The notes under the pieces were generated by a model, which saw only the letters and a list, made by a program, of their open reading frames with translations, did not search any database and was not told where the DNA came from. Source: Octopus bimaculoides (Eukaryota). Taken from it: 43,317 nt of DNA. Both the position numbers and the translations under genes were made by a program. The stretch is taken from positions 103,530,122 through 103,573,438 of the forward strand of contig NC_068987.1 in assembly GCF_001194135.2 (NCBI RefSeq), in the 5' to 3' direction. Within the stretch, counting starts at the first letter, position 1; every line of letters begins with the position of its first letter. Positions 1-10,428 of the stretch are shown piece by piece.

Positions 1-117
1 CACTTAAAAGAAAAATAAATAAAATAATATGATGCAGATTTTCTGCAACGTATAAACATGATTGCATTTGAAGTTTGTAAGAATACAATATTTGTGATTA
101 CTGATATCTATCTATGG

Positions 118-120
<3 letters not shown>

Positions 121-166
<46 letters not shown>

Positions 167-180
167 CGTGTGTGTGTGTG
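121..180. repeat. (TG)n microsatellite
   Basis: Near-pure TG dinucleotide run seen directly. Confidence 0.95.
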
Positions 181-261
181 TACAAAATACTAATTGTCTA
201 AGTTCACAAAATGTTTAGTTTAGCGTAATTTGTTCGCGTTGTGTTATGCCGTGCGTGTGTG

Positions 262-583
262 AGGGTACGTGGCTCAGTGGTAAGGGTCATTCGGCTAACG
301 ATCGTAAGGTCGTGAGTTCGATTGCCTCCGCTGACACTTTGTGTCCTTGAGCAAGAAAATTTATTCCAGGTTCATCCAGTCAACTCAGTTGACAAAAATT
401 AGCAATTGTAATTTCAAAGTGCTAGCCTTGTCATATTCTGTGTCATGCTGAATTTCCACGAGACCTACGTTAAAGGTACGCTTGTCTGCGGAGTACTCAG
501 TCATTTTCAAGCTAATTTCAATAGCAAGCTGTTTCGTTGATCGGATCAACTGGAACCTACGTCGTCGTAACCAACAGAGTGCC
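262..583 (+). mobile_element. tRNA-derived SINE, family A (head A + TGTGTCCTTGAGCAAG core + tail 1)
   Basis: Pol III A box TGGCTCAGTGG and B box GAGTTCGATT, then TGTGTCCTTGAGCAAG core. The 3' ~150 bp (...GATCGGATCAACTGGAACC..GTCGTAACC..GAGTGCC) recurs at 8868-9020 on the minus strand. Confidence 0.85.
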
Positions 584-910
584 CAATTATGCGTGCCGAC
601 TATTCGAAAGAATGAAGAATTGTTACTCAAAATACATGACCTCCAGCGACTGGAAATTTTGAGAGTTTTATAAAAAGTTGGGAGACGAAAAATTAATTAT
701 GTATATTCTGGGCTCATTCTCTACTCTTTGTTTTAAATTTCAAACTTCCAAAACCGACCCAACTTAACATAATCTAGAAAGGAATGTCTCCCTTGTGATG
801 GCCAGCCACCAGAGTTACACCACGTGTTTAAGCTACTCTCGCTACGATTTCTTGAAATATCGTTTAAACTGATGGTATGAACGTCAAGGGCGTCGCTTCT
901 GAATTAGCAG

Positions 911-1048
911 GCACAGGCGTGGTCAGACGATTACGGGTTCGGTCACATGGTTCCCAGCCACATGATTCCAAGTTCAATTCCACTACGTGGCACCTTGGGC
1001 TAGTATCTTCAAGGCCAGAGCCTTGAGAGTGGATCTGGTCGACGGAAA

Positions 1049-1088
<40 letters not shown>

Positions 1089-1214
1089 TGAAACATATAT
1101 ATATGTGTGTGTGTGTTTGTTTGCATGTGTGTTTGTGTGTGGATGGGAGTGAGTGTGTGTTCGTGCGCGCGCGCGTGTATGTGTGTTTTCGTGTCTGTGT
1201 TTGTCCCCAGCACC
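911..1214 (+). mobile_element. tRNA-derived CORE-like SINE, family C, 3'-truncated
   Basis: Head CAGGCGTGG..., CCACATG(A)TTCCAAGTTCAATTCCACTACGTGGCACCTTGGGC core, internal (TA)n/(TG)n, GTGTCTGTGTTTGTCCCC; same family as 19450-20050 and 28911-29323. Confidence 0.85.
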
Positions 1215-1215
1215 A

Positions 1216-1633
1216 ATTAGTAATAGGTCTCTTTTTGCTGAAACGCTAATTTAGGGGAACGTAAACACCCCAACACCGATTGTCAATTGATGGCGGGTGC
1301 CAAACACAGACACAAAGACACACGCACACATACATATATTCGTGTGTGTGTGTATGTGTGTGTATGCATATATATATACGGCGACTATTCGCAATTTACA
1401 ACCGAAAGGCAACAAGTATAGCCATCACGAAAGGGATGGAGGATGCTAGTTAGCATATATATATATATATACGGCGGGCTACTTTCATTTTTCTGTCTAC
1501 TACATCCACTCACAAAGCTTTGGTTGGCCTTAAGTTATAGTAGAAGACACTTGCCTAAAGTGCTATACAGTGGAGTCGAACCCGAGACCATGTGGTTGGC
1601 AAATAATCTTCTTACCACACAGCCACGCCTGCG
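1216..1633 (-). mobile_element. Family C SINE, inverted relative to the adjacent copy
   Basis: Reverse complement reads CGCAGGCGTGGCTGTGTGGTAAG...GGCAAGTGTCTTCTACTATA...GTGAGTGGA, internal microsatellite, then GTGTTTACGTTCCCC tail segment. Confidence 0.85.
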
Positions 1634-1869
1634 TCTATATAATTTAAAATACCAACTTCCAAACCGACCTTAACTTAATCAGGAAGGGACTGTGTCACCT
1701 ATGATAAATGATCACATGTGTGCGTGTGTGTGTGTGTTGCCTGTGTGTGTGTATTGCCTGTGTGTGTATGTTTGTGTGTGTGTGTGTGTGTTGCCTGTGT
1801 GTGTGTATTGCCTGTGTGTGTATGTTTGTGTGTGTGTGTGTACGCACGCGTGTGTGTATTCATATGGCA

Positions 1870-2015
1870 AATGCTAAAGTTGATGAACTGAATTCCTACT
1901 CGTGAGATTAAATACAAATGGTTGAATATTCTACAGAAATATGTACCCTTAATATAATCATCATAGTCAGTGTGTTGAAAGTAACAAGGCTGAACTTTTT
2001 GAGTTACATGTGCAA
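1870..2015 (-). mobile_element. Degenerate relic of SINE tail 1
   Basis: CTCGTGAGATT..ATGTACCCTTAA..AACAAGGCTG..TTGAGTTACATGTGCAAC aligns by eye with the tail-1 module at 8925-9040. Confidence 0.5.
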
Positions 2016-2159
2016 CAGTGAGATAATAAGGAGAAAATTATCCCAGTATTTGACTGGTACTCTACCGATTTCGAAGGAAGAGAGGACATTTTAGATATAG
2101 GCTCATTGCCTATATTTAGTGTCCACGTATTGGTGAGTGCGAGAATCGATACAGTCAAT

Positions 2160-2490
2160 CACTGACATACATCCTAATTTTCTTTTTCTCTCTCTTTCCC
2201 CTTTTCTTTCTCTGTATCCCTTGTCTCTCTCTTTCTCTCTATCTTTCCCCGTGTCTCTCTCTTTCTGTTTCTCCCTTATCTTCTCTCTCTCTCTCCCTCC
2301 CTCGCATGTGCAGTTTACTCTCTTTATCTATCATTACATCTACATGTATATCTATCTGCTTATCTGTCTATCTACCACTCTATCTATCAATCTGTCTCTC
2401 TTTTAATTCCTCTATCTATCTATCTAGCTATCTTTCTATTTATCTCTGTATATACCTATCTATTTACCTATCTATCTATCTCTTACCTGT
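2160..2490. repeat. Degenerate (CT)n / (ATCT)n microsatellite
   Basis: Low-complexity CT and TATC repeats seen directly. Confidence 0.9.
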
Positions 2491-2728
2491 ATTCCTTTTC
2501 GTTACTGTGACTCATTTCTGCCCGAAGCGCGATACATGGAAACATTCGAATTATCACAAAACACTAATCTAATCCGGTAATCAATGTTAAAATCTTCAGG
2601 TGCCTTTCCTGCGTGATTGCCGAGAAAATCAACAGTTTACATTCTGATGATCCGGCATTGATGTAAGTCGTACAATTTAAATGCTTTGTTGAGCCTGAGG
2701 AAGGGAAAAATATTGAAATATGTAACGC

Positions 2729-3453
2729 TATTGGGTTGTCAGAAAAATTCACCTGGGTTTTTTTCCGTCTATTTTTAATTCTTATTTTTGTCAATAATTT
2801 TAATAAATCAGTCAATAGCATATTCTCCGTCATTGTTCATGACTTCTTGGCAACGTCTCACTAGCTCGTCAATGTCTTGATAGTACATATTACGGTATCT
2901 TGACTCGAAGAATTCATCGAGCTATGCTTTCAACTACGCGACTTTGTTGAACGAAATGCATCAGAGGCAATTGGAGAGCAACGGGAAAAAATGGTAATCT
3001 GAAGGTGCTGTATCAGGAAAATACGGTGGGTTGACTGCAGAACTTCCCACCCGAGCTCTTGGATTGCATTTTTGATCAAATTAGTGACATGTGGGGGAGT
3101 GTTGTGTTGAAGAAACACGCCGTGTAACTGGTCGTGTCGTTTCAGCTGGATTACCCATTGAATGAAGATAACGAACAACGGTATCATGAAAGCAGCCTAT
3201 CTGTTGGGCAAATTCTCTCGTGGATTGGCGCGAATCAGTGTAAATGAGCTCGTTCGCTCGATCTTCATTGAACTGACCAGGTCGGCCAGAAAATGAAGGA
3301 TCTGTGAAGTCAAATGTTCCTTCCTTAAAACGTGAAAACCATTCCGGAGCTTTTTTTTTTTCTGGTATTGCGTCTTCTCTGCACAACACAAATGTTTCGA
3401 ACGGAAGCAGGTGTCGAAAATACTCATTTTCTTACTGCTTAGCACTCTAACAT
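2729..3453 (-). mobile_element. Internally deleted mariner (Tc1/mariner, DD34D-type) transposase pseudogene
   Basis: Minus-strand frames give KKNEYFRHLL..., WFSRFKEGTFDFTDPSFSGRP (HTH, GRP), RQSTREFAQQIGCFHDTVVRYLHSMG, then directly HGVFLQHNTPPHVTNLIKNAIQELGWEVL and ...NDGEYAID* (stop at 2808). TA + TTGGGTTGTCAGAAAAATTC TIR-like end at 2729-2750. Multiple frameshifts. Confidence 0.9.
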
Positions 3454-3767
3454 CAAATGTCTGAAAAAAAAGGAATATTCATTCAAATTTCAAAAACGAT
3501 AAAGAGAAGTTATAGAGGAAGAATAGAGCTGCAAAAAAAGCATAAAACACCACAATAAAAATAGTTTTCTTGTTAATTCAAACAACATTGAAGTGAATCG
3601 TAGATTTAACCTTGGAAATAAAAGTAGCAGCTGTTCTTAAAAATATTTTTTGATTAAATGGTAATCTCCTACGTTTCAAATATATAAATATTTGAGATTA
3701 AGTCAAAAATGAAAATACAGCTTTTTACGTAGAAGGTATGGGCGAACGAAAGTGTGATACCATGGCA

Positions 3768-3768
3768 A

Positions 3769-3820
<52 letters not shown>

Positions 3821-3968
3821 TATTGTTGTTGATGTCTTCGTTGCATGTGTTGTCATTATGGTACTTTTGTTGTCTGCTACTTCTATTTCCAGCAATTCGA
3901 GGGANNNNNNNNNNNNNNNNNTGTTGGTGGTGGTGGTGGTGGTGGTGGTGGTGGTGGTGGTGGTGGTG
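3768..3968. repeat. (GTA)n, (GTT)n and (GGT)n trinucleotide microsatellites with a gap
   Basis: Seen directly; source of the poly-V/T/W ORFs. Confidence 0.95.
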
Positions 3969-3989
3969 TCGTAATTGTTCAATCCCAGG

Positions 3990-4130
3990 TCAACCACGTT
4001 TAGAAACCGTTCAAACCATAACCATCCATTGTTTTTGTGTATCAGAGACAGTAATCTCCAGCCTGTCCTGCTTTTCCTTAAAACAGCAGTGTAAAAATCA
4101 AGGCACATTTAGCTGTTATTTTTAGCAGGT
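3990..4130 (-). repeat. Unclassified interspersed repeat (family D), diverged copy
   Basis: Reverse complement aligns by eye with 21745-21910 (AAATAACAGCTAAAT../AAATGATAACCAAAT.., GGATGGTTATGGTTTGAA/GGATGGTCACGGTTTTAAA); both copies sit inside trinucleotide tracts. Confidence 0.45.
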
Positions 4131-4280
4131 CGAACAACAACGTACCTATAGCATTTGTTACTTTTGCTATTTCTGATATTGTAGTTGTTATTCTAGTTGT
4201 TTTTATTCTTGATGTTCGCGTTGTTGTTTTTGTTATTGTTGTTGTTGTTGCTGTTCTTTCGGTTACATTTAGCTTATAGC

Positions 4281-4515
4281 TTTTACTTGTTTTAGTCATT
4301 AGACCGCGGTCATGCTGGGGCACAACCTTAAAGAATTCTTAGCCGAACGAAATGGGCCAAGTACTTAATTTTCTTCTTTTTTTTTTGTTTTTGGTAAGCT
4401 TGTTACTTATTCTATCGGTGTGTCTTATCGAACCGCTAAGGTACAGTAGATGTAATCATGCCAATACTATAGTCAAGTGCTGAAGACAACACAGACAAAA
4501 AGCATACACGCACAC
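4281..4515 (-). mobile_element. Family C SINE 3' half (head lost in the gap)
   Basis: TTTTACTTGTTT.AGTCATT.GAC.GCGG.CATGCTGG.GCAC and TACTTATTCTATCGG..GAACCGCTAAG match the tail of the 19450-20050 copy; runs into (CA)/(TA)n and then the N gap. Confidence 0.8.
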
Positions 4516-4572
4516 ATATATATGCATATATACATATACATATATATATATTTACACACACACACACATATA

Positions 4573-4615
<43 letters not shown>

Positions 4616-5309
4616 NNNNNNNNNNNNNNNNNNNNNNNNNNNNNNNNNNNNNNNNNNNNNNNNNNNNNNNNNNNNNNNNNNNNNNNNNNNNNNNNNNNNN
4701 NNNNNNNNNNNNNNNNNNNNNNNNNNNNNNNNNNNNNNNNNNNNNNNNNNNNNNNNNNNNNNNNNNNNNNNNNNNNNNNNNNNNNNNNNNNNNNNNNNNN
4801 NNNNNNNNNNNNNNNNNNNNNNNNNNNNNNNNNNNNNNNNNNNNNNNNNNNNNNNNNNNNNNNNNNNNNNNNNNNNNNNNNNNNNNNNNNNNNNNNNNNN
4901 NNNNNNNNNNNNNNNNNNNNNNNNNNNNNNNNNNNNNNNNNNNNNNNNNNNNNNNNNNNNNNNNNNNNNNNNNNNNNNNNNNNNNNNNNNNNNNNNNNNN
5001 NNNNNNNNNNNNNNNNNNNNNNNNNNNNNNNNNNNNNNNNNNNNNNNNNNNNNNNNNNNNNNNNNNNNNNNNNNNNNNNNNNNNNNNNNNNNNNNNNNNN
5101 NNNNNNNNNNNNNNNNNNNNNNNNNNNNNNNNNNNNNNNNNNNNNNNNNNNNNNNNNNNNNNNNNNNNNNNNNNNNNNNNNNNNNNNNNNNNNNNNNNNN
5201 NNNNNNNNNNNNNNNNNNNNNNNNNNNNNNNNNNNNNNNNNNNNNNNNNNNNNNNNNNNNNNNNNNNNNNNNNNNNNNNNNNNNNNNNNNNNNNNNNNNN
5301 NNNNNNNNG

Positions 5310-5492
5310 CTTTTGCCGTTGCTGTTGTTGTTGTTGTTGCTGTTACCGATTTTATAGCTGTTGTTTTTGCCATCGTCCTTATAACTGTTCTTGTTGCATT
5401 TATTGTCACCGTCTTGTTTTTGTTGTTTTGTTGATGCTGTAGCTGTTGTTATTGAAGTTACTGCTGTTCTTATTCCTTTATTGTCACTTTTA

Positions 5493-5546
<54 letters not shown>

Positions 5547-6290
5547 TTCGGTGTTGTTGTTTTTGTTGTTGTAGTTGCTGCTGCTGTCACCTCTGTGTTT
5601 ATCCTGTAAAGATAGCCGAAGGGGACAACAAAGTGATTTCTACTTTAATACCTCAGAGAGTAGGGAGTTATTATAACCGTGTGGTGTGGTCCCTAAAGAA
5701 TGTTGGGTTGGGTTGGGGATAATGGTATTTTGGTAGGGGAAGTACACTGTGATTATAAAAGATTTTTTTTTTTTTTCAAATAATCGAAAAACGAACTTCC
5801 TTAAAACAAACCTATAATACTTTATTGCAAAACCACAAAACCCCCAAACCTGTACACGCCACCAATACCACCAACACCATCCCTATCTCCACCAATATCA
5901 TTTACACCTCCAACCACATTTACACCACACATACCACCATCCCCACCTCCTTCAGTACAACAATGTTCACTACACTAGCCATCGTTTCTCCGCCACCATC
6001 AATAACACATGTACCACCACCATCAACACAACCAGCATTACTTATACTACACTACCCCTACATCACATTTTCTACCACTAAAACAGAACACACCACCAAC
6101 ACCAGCTCCATTTGTGCAAATATAACGGCTCCACCGGTGCCACCACTAACACTATCAGCATCATATCACACTGCCATTATCCCCACCACCTTCAATACTA
6201 CAACATGCACCACACTGAACACCACAACAACGCAACCTTTATAACCTACACTATAAAAACCACCACAGAATACATCACTAACACCACAAA
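5310..6290. repeat. Degenerate (GTT)n/(TTA)n and (ACC/ACA)-rich low-complexity tracts
   Basis: Seen directly; Thr/His/Pro-rich ORFs are by-products. Confidence 0.85.
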
Positions 6291-6364
6291 TAGGATGTTT
6301 TTTTCTGCTGAAGCCCCTTTGGCCCGTTCCCCCCAAATCACAGGATCTGAAAAATGGAAGAATA

Positions 6365-6832
6365 TTCTTTATCTTTCATTTTTTACTTTTTTCAATCATT
6401 GACTGTGGCCATGCTGGGACACCGCTTTGAAGAATTTTTTGTAGAACGAATTAACACCCATAACTTCTTTTTTAACAAAAACCTAGTACTTATTTTGTTG
6501 ATATTTTTGACCCAACCGCTAAGTTCCAATGACGTAAACAAACTCACACCGGTTATCTAGCGGTAGTGGGATCAAACACAGACACAAAAGCACACACACA
6601 CACACATATATATATGTGTGTGTGTGTGTATATATATATGTATATATATATATATGTATGTATGTATGTATGTATNNNNNNNNNNNNNNNNNNNNNNNNN
6701 NNNNNNNNNNNNNNNNNNNNNNNNNNNNNNNNNNNNNNNNNNNNNNNNNNNNNNNNNNNNNNNNNNNNNNNNNNNNNNNNNNNNNNNNNNNNNNNNNNNN
6801 NNNNNNNNNNNNNNNNNNNNNNNNNNNNNNNN

Positions 6833-6887
<55 letters not shown>

Positions 6888-7065
6888 GATAGATAGATAG
6901 ATATGTTCGACGGGTTTCTTTCAGTTTTCGTCGACCGAATTCACTCCCAAGTCTTGGGTTGGGTCGAAGCTATAGTAGAAAGGACTTGTCCAAGGGACCA
7001 CACAGTGGGACTTAACACGGAACCATTGGGTTAGGAAGCAAACATCTCACTATACAACCACGCCT
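6365..7065 (-). mobile_element. Family C SINE, full-length with gapped internal microsatellite
   Basis: Tail ATCATTGACTGTGGCCATGCTGG, CCTAGTACTTATT, internal (CA)/(TA)n + gap, GACGGGTTTCTTTCAGTTT, head ...ACAACCACGCCT. Confidence 0.85.
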
Positions 7066-7179
7066 TTTGTCTGAATTAAAAAATTGGATTAGTCGAACGC
7101 TGTTGATCCTAGATCTGCTCTTGAATTGGCGCTAACATGGTTTAAACAACATCCGTATTAAGATCCACTTTCTCGCCCA

Positions 7180-7510
7180 CCTCCATCATCACGACCAACA
7201 TTACCAAGACTACCATCTTCCCCAGAAATACCTATACGTCCAATACATTCACTACGCTGAACGGCATTATCACCACCCCGCCATCACCTCCACTTCCAGC
7301 AACAGCAACGCCTTCGAGGCACTGTCGAAGCAATTGTGTCGAAATAATAACCACCACCACCACCACCACTACCTTTTCTAACATCACTAAAACATCTAGC
7401 AACATAAGCACTACCATAACCACTGCCTTCCCCACCAGACACCAAAACTACCACTAGAGACAACAACACCAAGACTGTTACCACTACCTCCAATGACGTT
7501 AACACCTCCT
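7180..7510. repeat. Degenerate (ACC/AAC/ACT)n tract
   Basis: Seen directly. Confidence 0.85.
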
Positions 7511-7885
7511 AAAACCTCAGTCAGTTCAAGGAAGAAATTTCTATGACTTCGTTCGACTCGCTGCAATTACCGGTCAAAACTCCTTTAAATCTTACCTAAA
7601 GTCTTTCAGAGAGATTAATGCAGCTTAGTATTCTTGAACGTAATATGTCAGAAAGCAGGATGGTTGCAGCATAAATACTGACCAAATCTATCTAGCTTGA
7701 CTCATTATTCAAGAGAAACATTTCTTCCAGCACGTGCAAATGTCTTTAGGAAGCAAACAAGAGAAAGAAACCTTTGCATGAAACGCTAACATCTACTTAT
7801 AAAAAAAGTCTGTTGAGATGATTCGAAAACACAACACCTAATAACTTAACGGTATATCTTTTCTTCCCCTTTGATGAGATTCTAC

Positions 7886-8300
7886 CTAATATAATGATTT
7901 AATAATTTCTAATTTAATCTTTAGGCCTAACTCGCTGCAAATTTCAAATCTCTCCTTAACGTTACAAAACATATTTTGAAGCATTTCAGGAGATATTTCT
8001 TTTACTGCTAACTGAATGCATTCTTTATGCTGAGTTAAACTATCGCTCCAGCCTGGGAATGGAGGTAGAGAAAATAATTGCAGCCAAATTGAAATAAAAG
8101 CTGTCGTGGTCAAATAAGTGGGATCCAACAGGAACGGGAATAGAATTATAAAAAAATATATAAAAGTTATAAAATTATAAACTAACTTAAAATTTTATAC
8201 ACTTTTAACACATTAAACATGATAATCATAAATAAAAGTGAGTTTTTAAAAGATTTTCCGGTTTCACCGAAATAGATTGTTAATTCTTGGACACCCTGTA
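7886..8300 (-). mobile_element. Tc1/mariner-superfamily relic (transposase C-terminus plus CAGGGTG-type terminus)
   Basis: ORF 7886..8128 (PTYLTTTAF..W....LTQHKECIQLAVKEISPEMLQNMFCNVKERFEICSELG) resembles the SPDLTPxDFFLW...L.ERI..AV..ISPEML.NV....RF..C end of Tc1-like transposases. Reverse complement of 8277-8300 is TACAGGGTGTCCAAGAATTAACAA, a typical TA+CAGGGTG end. Confidence 0.55.
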
Positions 8301-8605
8301 GTTTCTCACATGCACCATCCCTGTGGTGCACCTGGACACAATCACTGATTTTTCCTGCATTTATTTGGTGTTCCGGCTCCTAGAACAAAGGACACCCTCA
8401 CCCACACGAACCAGCGAAGATTGATCAAACTCCAGCGTGCATCCACAATGATGGCTTTCCATATTGTCCTTCCTGTGGTGTCAAGCATGTAGTGAACTCT
8501 GCAGAGGGAATAGTCCACAAACTCATCACATCCTAACTCGATGGTATTATACCTTGCTTGCTTCTTGCATAGCCCCAGCAGCTCTGCATATTACTTTGCC
8601 TTATA
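8301..8605 (-). mobile_element. HERO-like (R2/NeSL-type, restriction-like endonuclease) non-LTR retrotransposon 3' end
   Basis: Minus frame KAK*YAELLGLCKKQARYNTIELGCDEFVDYSLCRVHYMLDTTG..IWKAI matches, from recall, the KxAKYxEL..C...ARC.PIEVGCRGF...SLCR...LG.TG...KAI C-terminus of HERO elements. It is followed by a 3'UTR with GGGTGAGGGTGT...GAACACC..CAGGAAAAATCAGTGA.TGTGTCC.GGTGCACCA. Confidence 0.7.
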
Positions 8606-8867
8606 CAGACATGCTACAAATACTACACTATAAAAGTTACGATCCCAAAACACCTTAAAAATTCCTTTATGAACTTTATCAGCTGTATACACCACTGGTA
8701 TTTTGCCACTACTCTACTATAGCATTATTACGATAATAAATACACTACTACAGTTAGAGTATACTACTAAATTTACATATAATCGCTACACAGCACTGGT
8801 ATCACTGAAACATTTACTATAGCTACAGTACCCTACTGTTGTTGTTATTGTTGTTGTTGTTGTTGTT

Positions 8868-9233
8868 GGCACTCCGTCGCTTACGACTTCGAGGGTTCCA
8901 GTTGATCCGATCAACGGAACAGCCTGCTCGTGAAATTAACGTGCAAGTGGCTGAGCACTCCACAGACACGTGTACCCTTAACGTAGCTCTCGGGGATATT
9001 CAGCGTGACACGGCTGACCTTTTGAATTACAGGCACAACAGAAACATGAAATAAGAGTGAGAGAAAGTTGTGGTGAAAGAGTACACCACGGTTCACCGCC
9101 ATCCCCTGCCGGAGCCTCGTGGAGCCTTAGGCGTTTTCGCTCAATAAACACTCAGAACGCCCGATCTGGGAATCGAAACAGCGATCCTATGACCGCGTGT
9201 CCGCTGCCCTAACCACTGTACCATTATGCCTCC
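8868..9233 (-). mobile_element. tRNA-derived SINE, family A variant (different body, tail 1, (AAC)n tail)
   Basis: Reverse complement: GGAGGCATAATGGTACAGTGGTTAGGGCAGCGGAC (A box) ...GTTTCGATTCCC (B box); tail shared with 262-583; (AAC)n tail at 8838-8867. Confidence 0.85.
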
Positions 9234-9349
9234 ATAGTACACTGCTATACAATAACAATATACTACTAAAGCCACAATTTACTACACTAATATAATCGCT
9301 ACACTTCTATTTCTTCAGTACATTGATAGGACTATACTATAGTCTACTA

Positions 9350-9570
9350 GTGAAATTAGCTTCAAATTTTGACACAAGGCCAACAATTTTGATGGTGGAC
9401 TAAGACGATTACAACGATCCCAGTGTTCAACTAGTACTTATTTTATCGGCACCGAAAGGATGTACGGCAAAGTCAACCTCGGTAGAATTTGAACTCAGTA
9501 CGTAAAGATGGACGAAATGCCACTTAGCATTTTGTCCGGCGTGCGAACGATTCCACCAGCACACCGCCTT
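9350..9570 (-). mobile_element. tRNA-derived SINE, family B (tail b), older copy
   Basis: Reverse complement starts AAGGCGGTGTGCTGGTGGAATCGTT, has GAGTTCAAATTC (B box) and the CCTTTCGG.GCCGATAAAATAAGTAC core. Confidence 0.85.
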
Positions 9571-9588
9571 ATTCCATACTAGTAATAT

Positions 9589-10191
9589 TCTATTCTACTC
9601 TAGACACAAGGCCCGAAATTTTGGGGGAGGAGGCCAGTTGATTAGATCACCTCCAGTATGCAACCGGCACTTAATTTATCGACCCCGAAAGGATGAAAGG
9701 CAAAGTCGACACTTCGGCGGAATTTGATTTCAGAACGTAAAGACAGACGAAATACTGCTAAGCATTTCGCCCGGCGTGCTAACTTTCTTATTTCTTTATT
9801 GCCCACAAGGAGCTAAACATAGAGGGGACAAACAAGGACAGACAAAGGGATTAAGTCCATTACATCGACTCCAGTGCGTAACTGGTACTTACTTTATCGA
9901 CCCCGAAAGGATGAAAGNNNNNNNNNNGCTTAGCGGTATTTCGTCTGCCGTTACGTTCTGAGTTCAAATTTCGCCGAGGTCAACTTTGCCTTTCATCCTT
10001 TCGGGGTCGATAAATTAAGTACCAGTTAAGCACTGGGGTCGATGTAATCGACTTAATCCTTTTGTCTGTCCTTGTTTGTCCCCTCTATGTTTAGCCCCTT
10101 GTGGGCAATAAAGAAATAAGAAACGTAACGGCAGACAAATAATGCTAAGCATTTCGCCCGGCGTGCTAACGTTTCTGCAAGCTCGCCGCTT
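9589..10191 (-). mobile_element. Nested family B SINE composite (three copies) flanked by a 17-bp TSD
   Basis: TTCCATACTAGTAATAT occurs at 9572-9588 and 10192-10208. Inside: tail-b copy (-), tail-a copy (-) and tail-a copy (+). Confidence 0.85.
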
Positions 10192-10428
10192 TTCCATACT
10201 AGTAATATCACCTGAGCGATAGGCTTACACAAATCGGTATATGAAATCAGAACAGCACTAATATAACTAATCTATAAAACTTTAGTACTTTTACTAGGAT
10301 AACATTTCAATATCACACTAGTGTATCTGCAGTATACAAATGATTATTTTAAAATAACGCTTACAATCACCAGTGTTTCTATAATACACTTGTTTATCTA
10401 CTCTATACTATATGACATTTCTAAACTC

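Noticed and set aside
262-340. tRNA-like sequences with A and B boxes (also 9160-9233, 33745-33815, family B and C heads)
   Set aside because: They continue into SINE bodies and lack a clean cloverleaf with acceptor stem; these are SINE heads, not tRNA genes
735-800. ~60-bp segment repeated at 1640-1710 (TTCCAAAACCGACC..CTTAA..AGAAAGGA)
   Set aside because: Not directly flanking the intervening SINEs and quite diverged, so not a TSD; probably fragments of another old repeat that I cannot classify
4477-5442. Long ORFs in the track (this one and those at about 17.9k, 20.2-21.7k, 25.0k, 26.1k, 27.4k, 29.5k, 36.5k, 37.3k, 39-40k)
   Set aside because: They consist of N-gap X runs and translated microsatellites (YI, CV, TH, poly-T/P/V); no coding signal
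9784-10125. Inverted duplication around a 10-N gap as a pure assembly artefact
   Set aside because: The two arms differ at 6 of about 134 positions and the composite is bracketed by a 17-bp TSD, favouring two real copies
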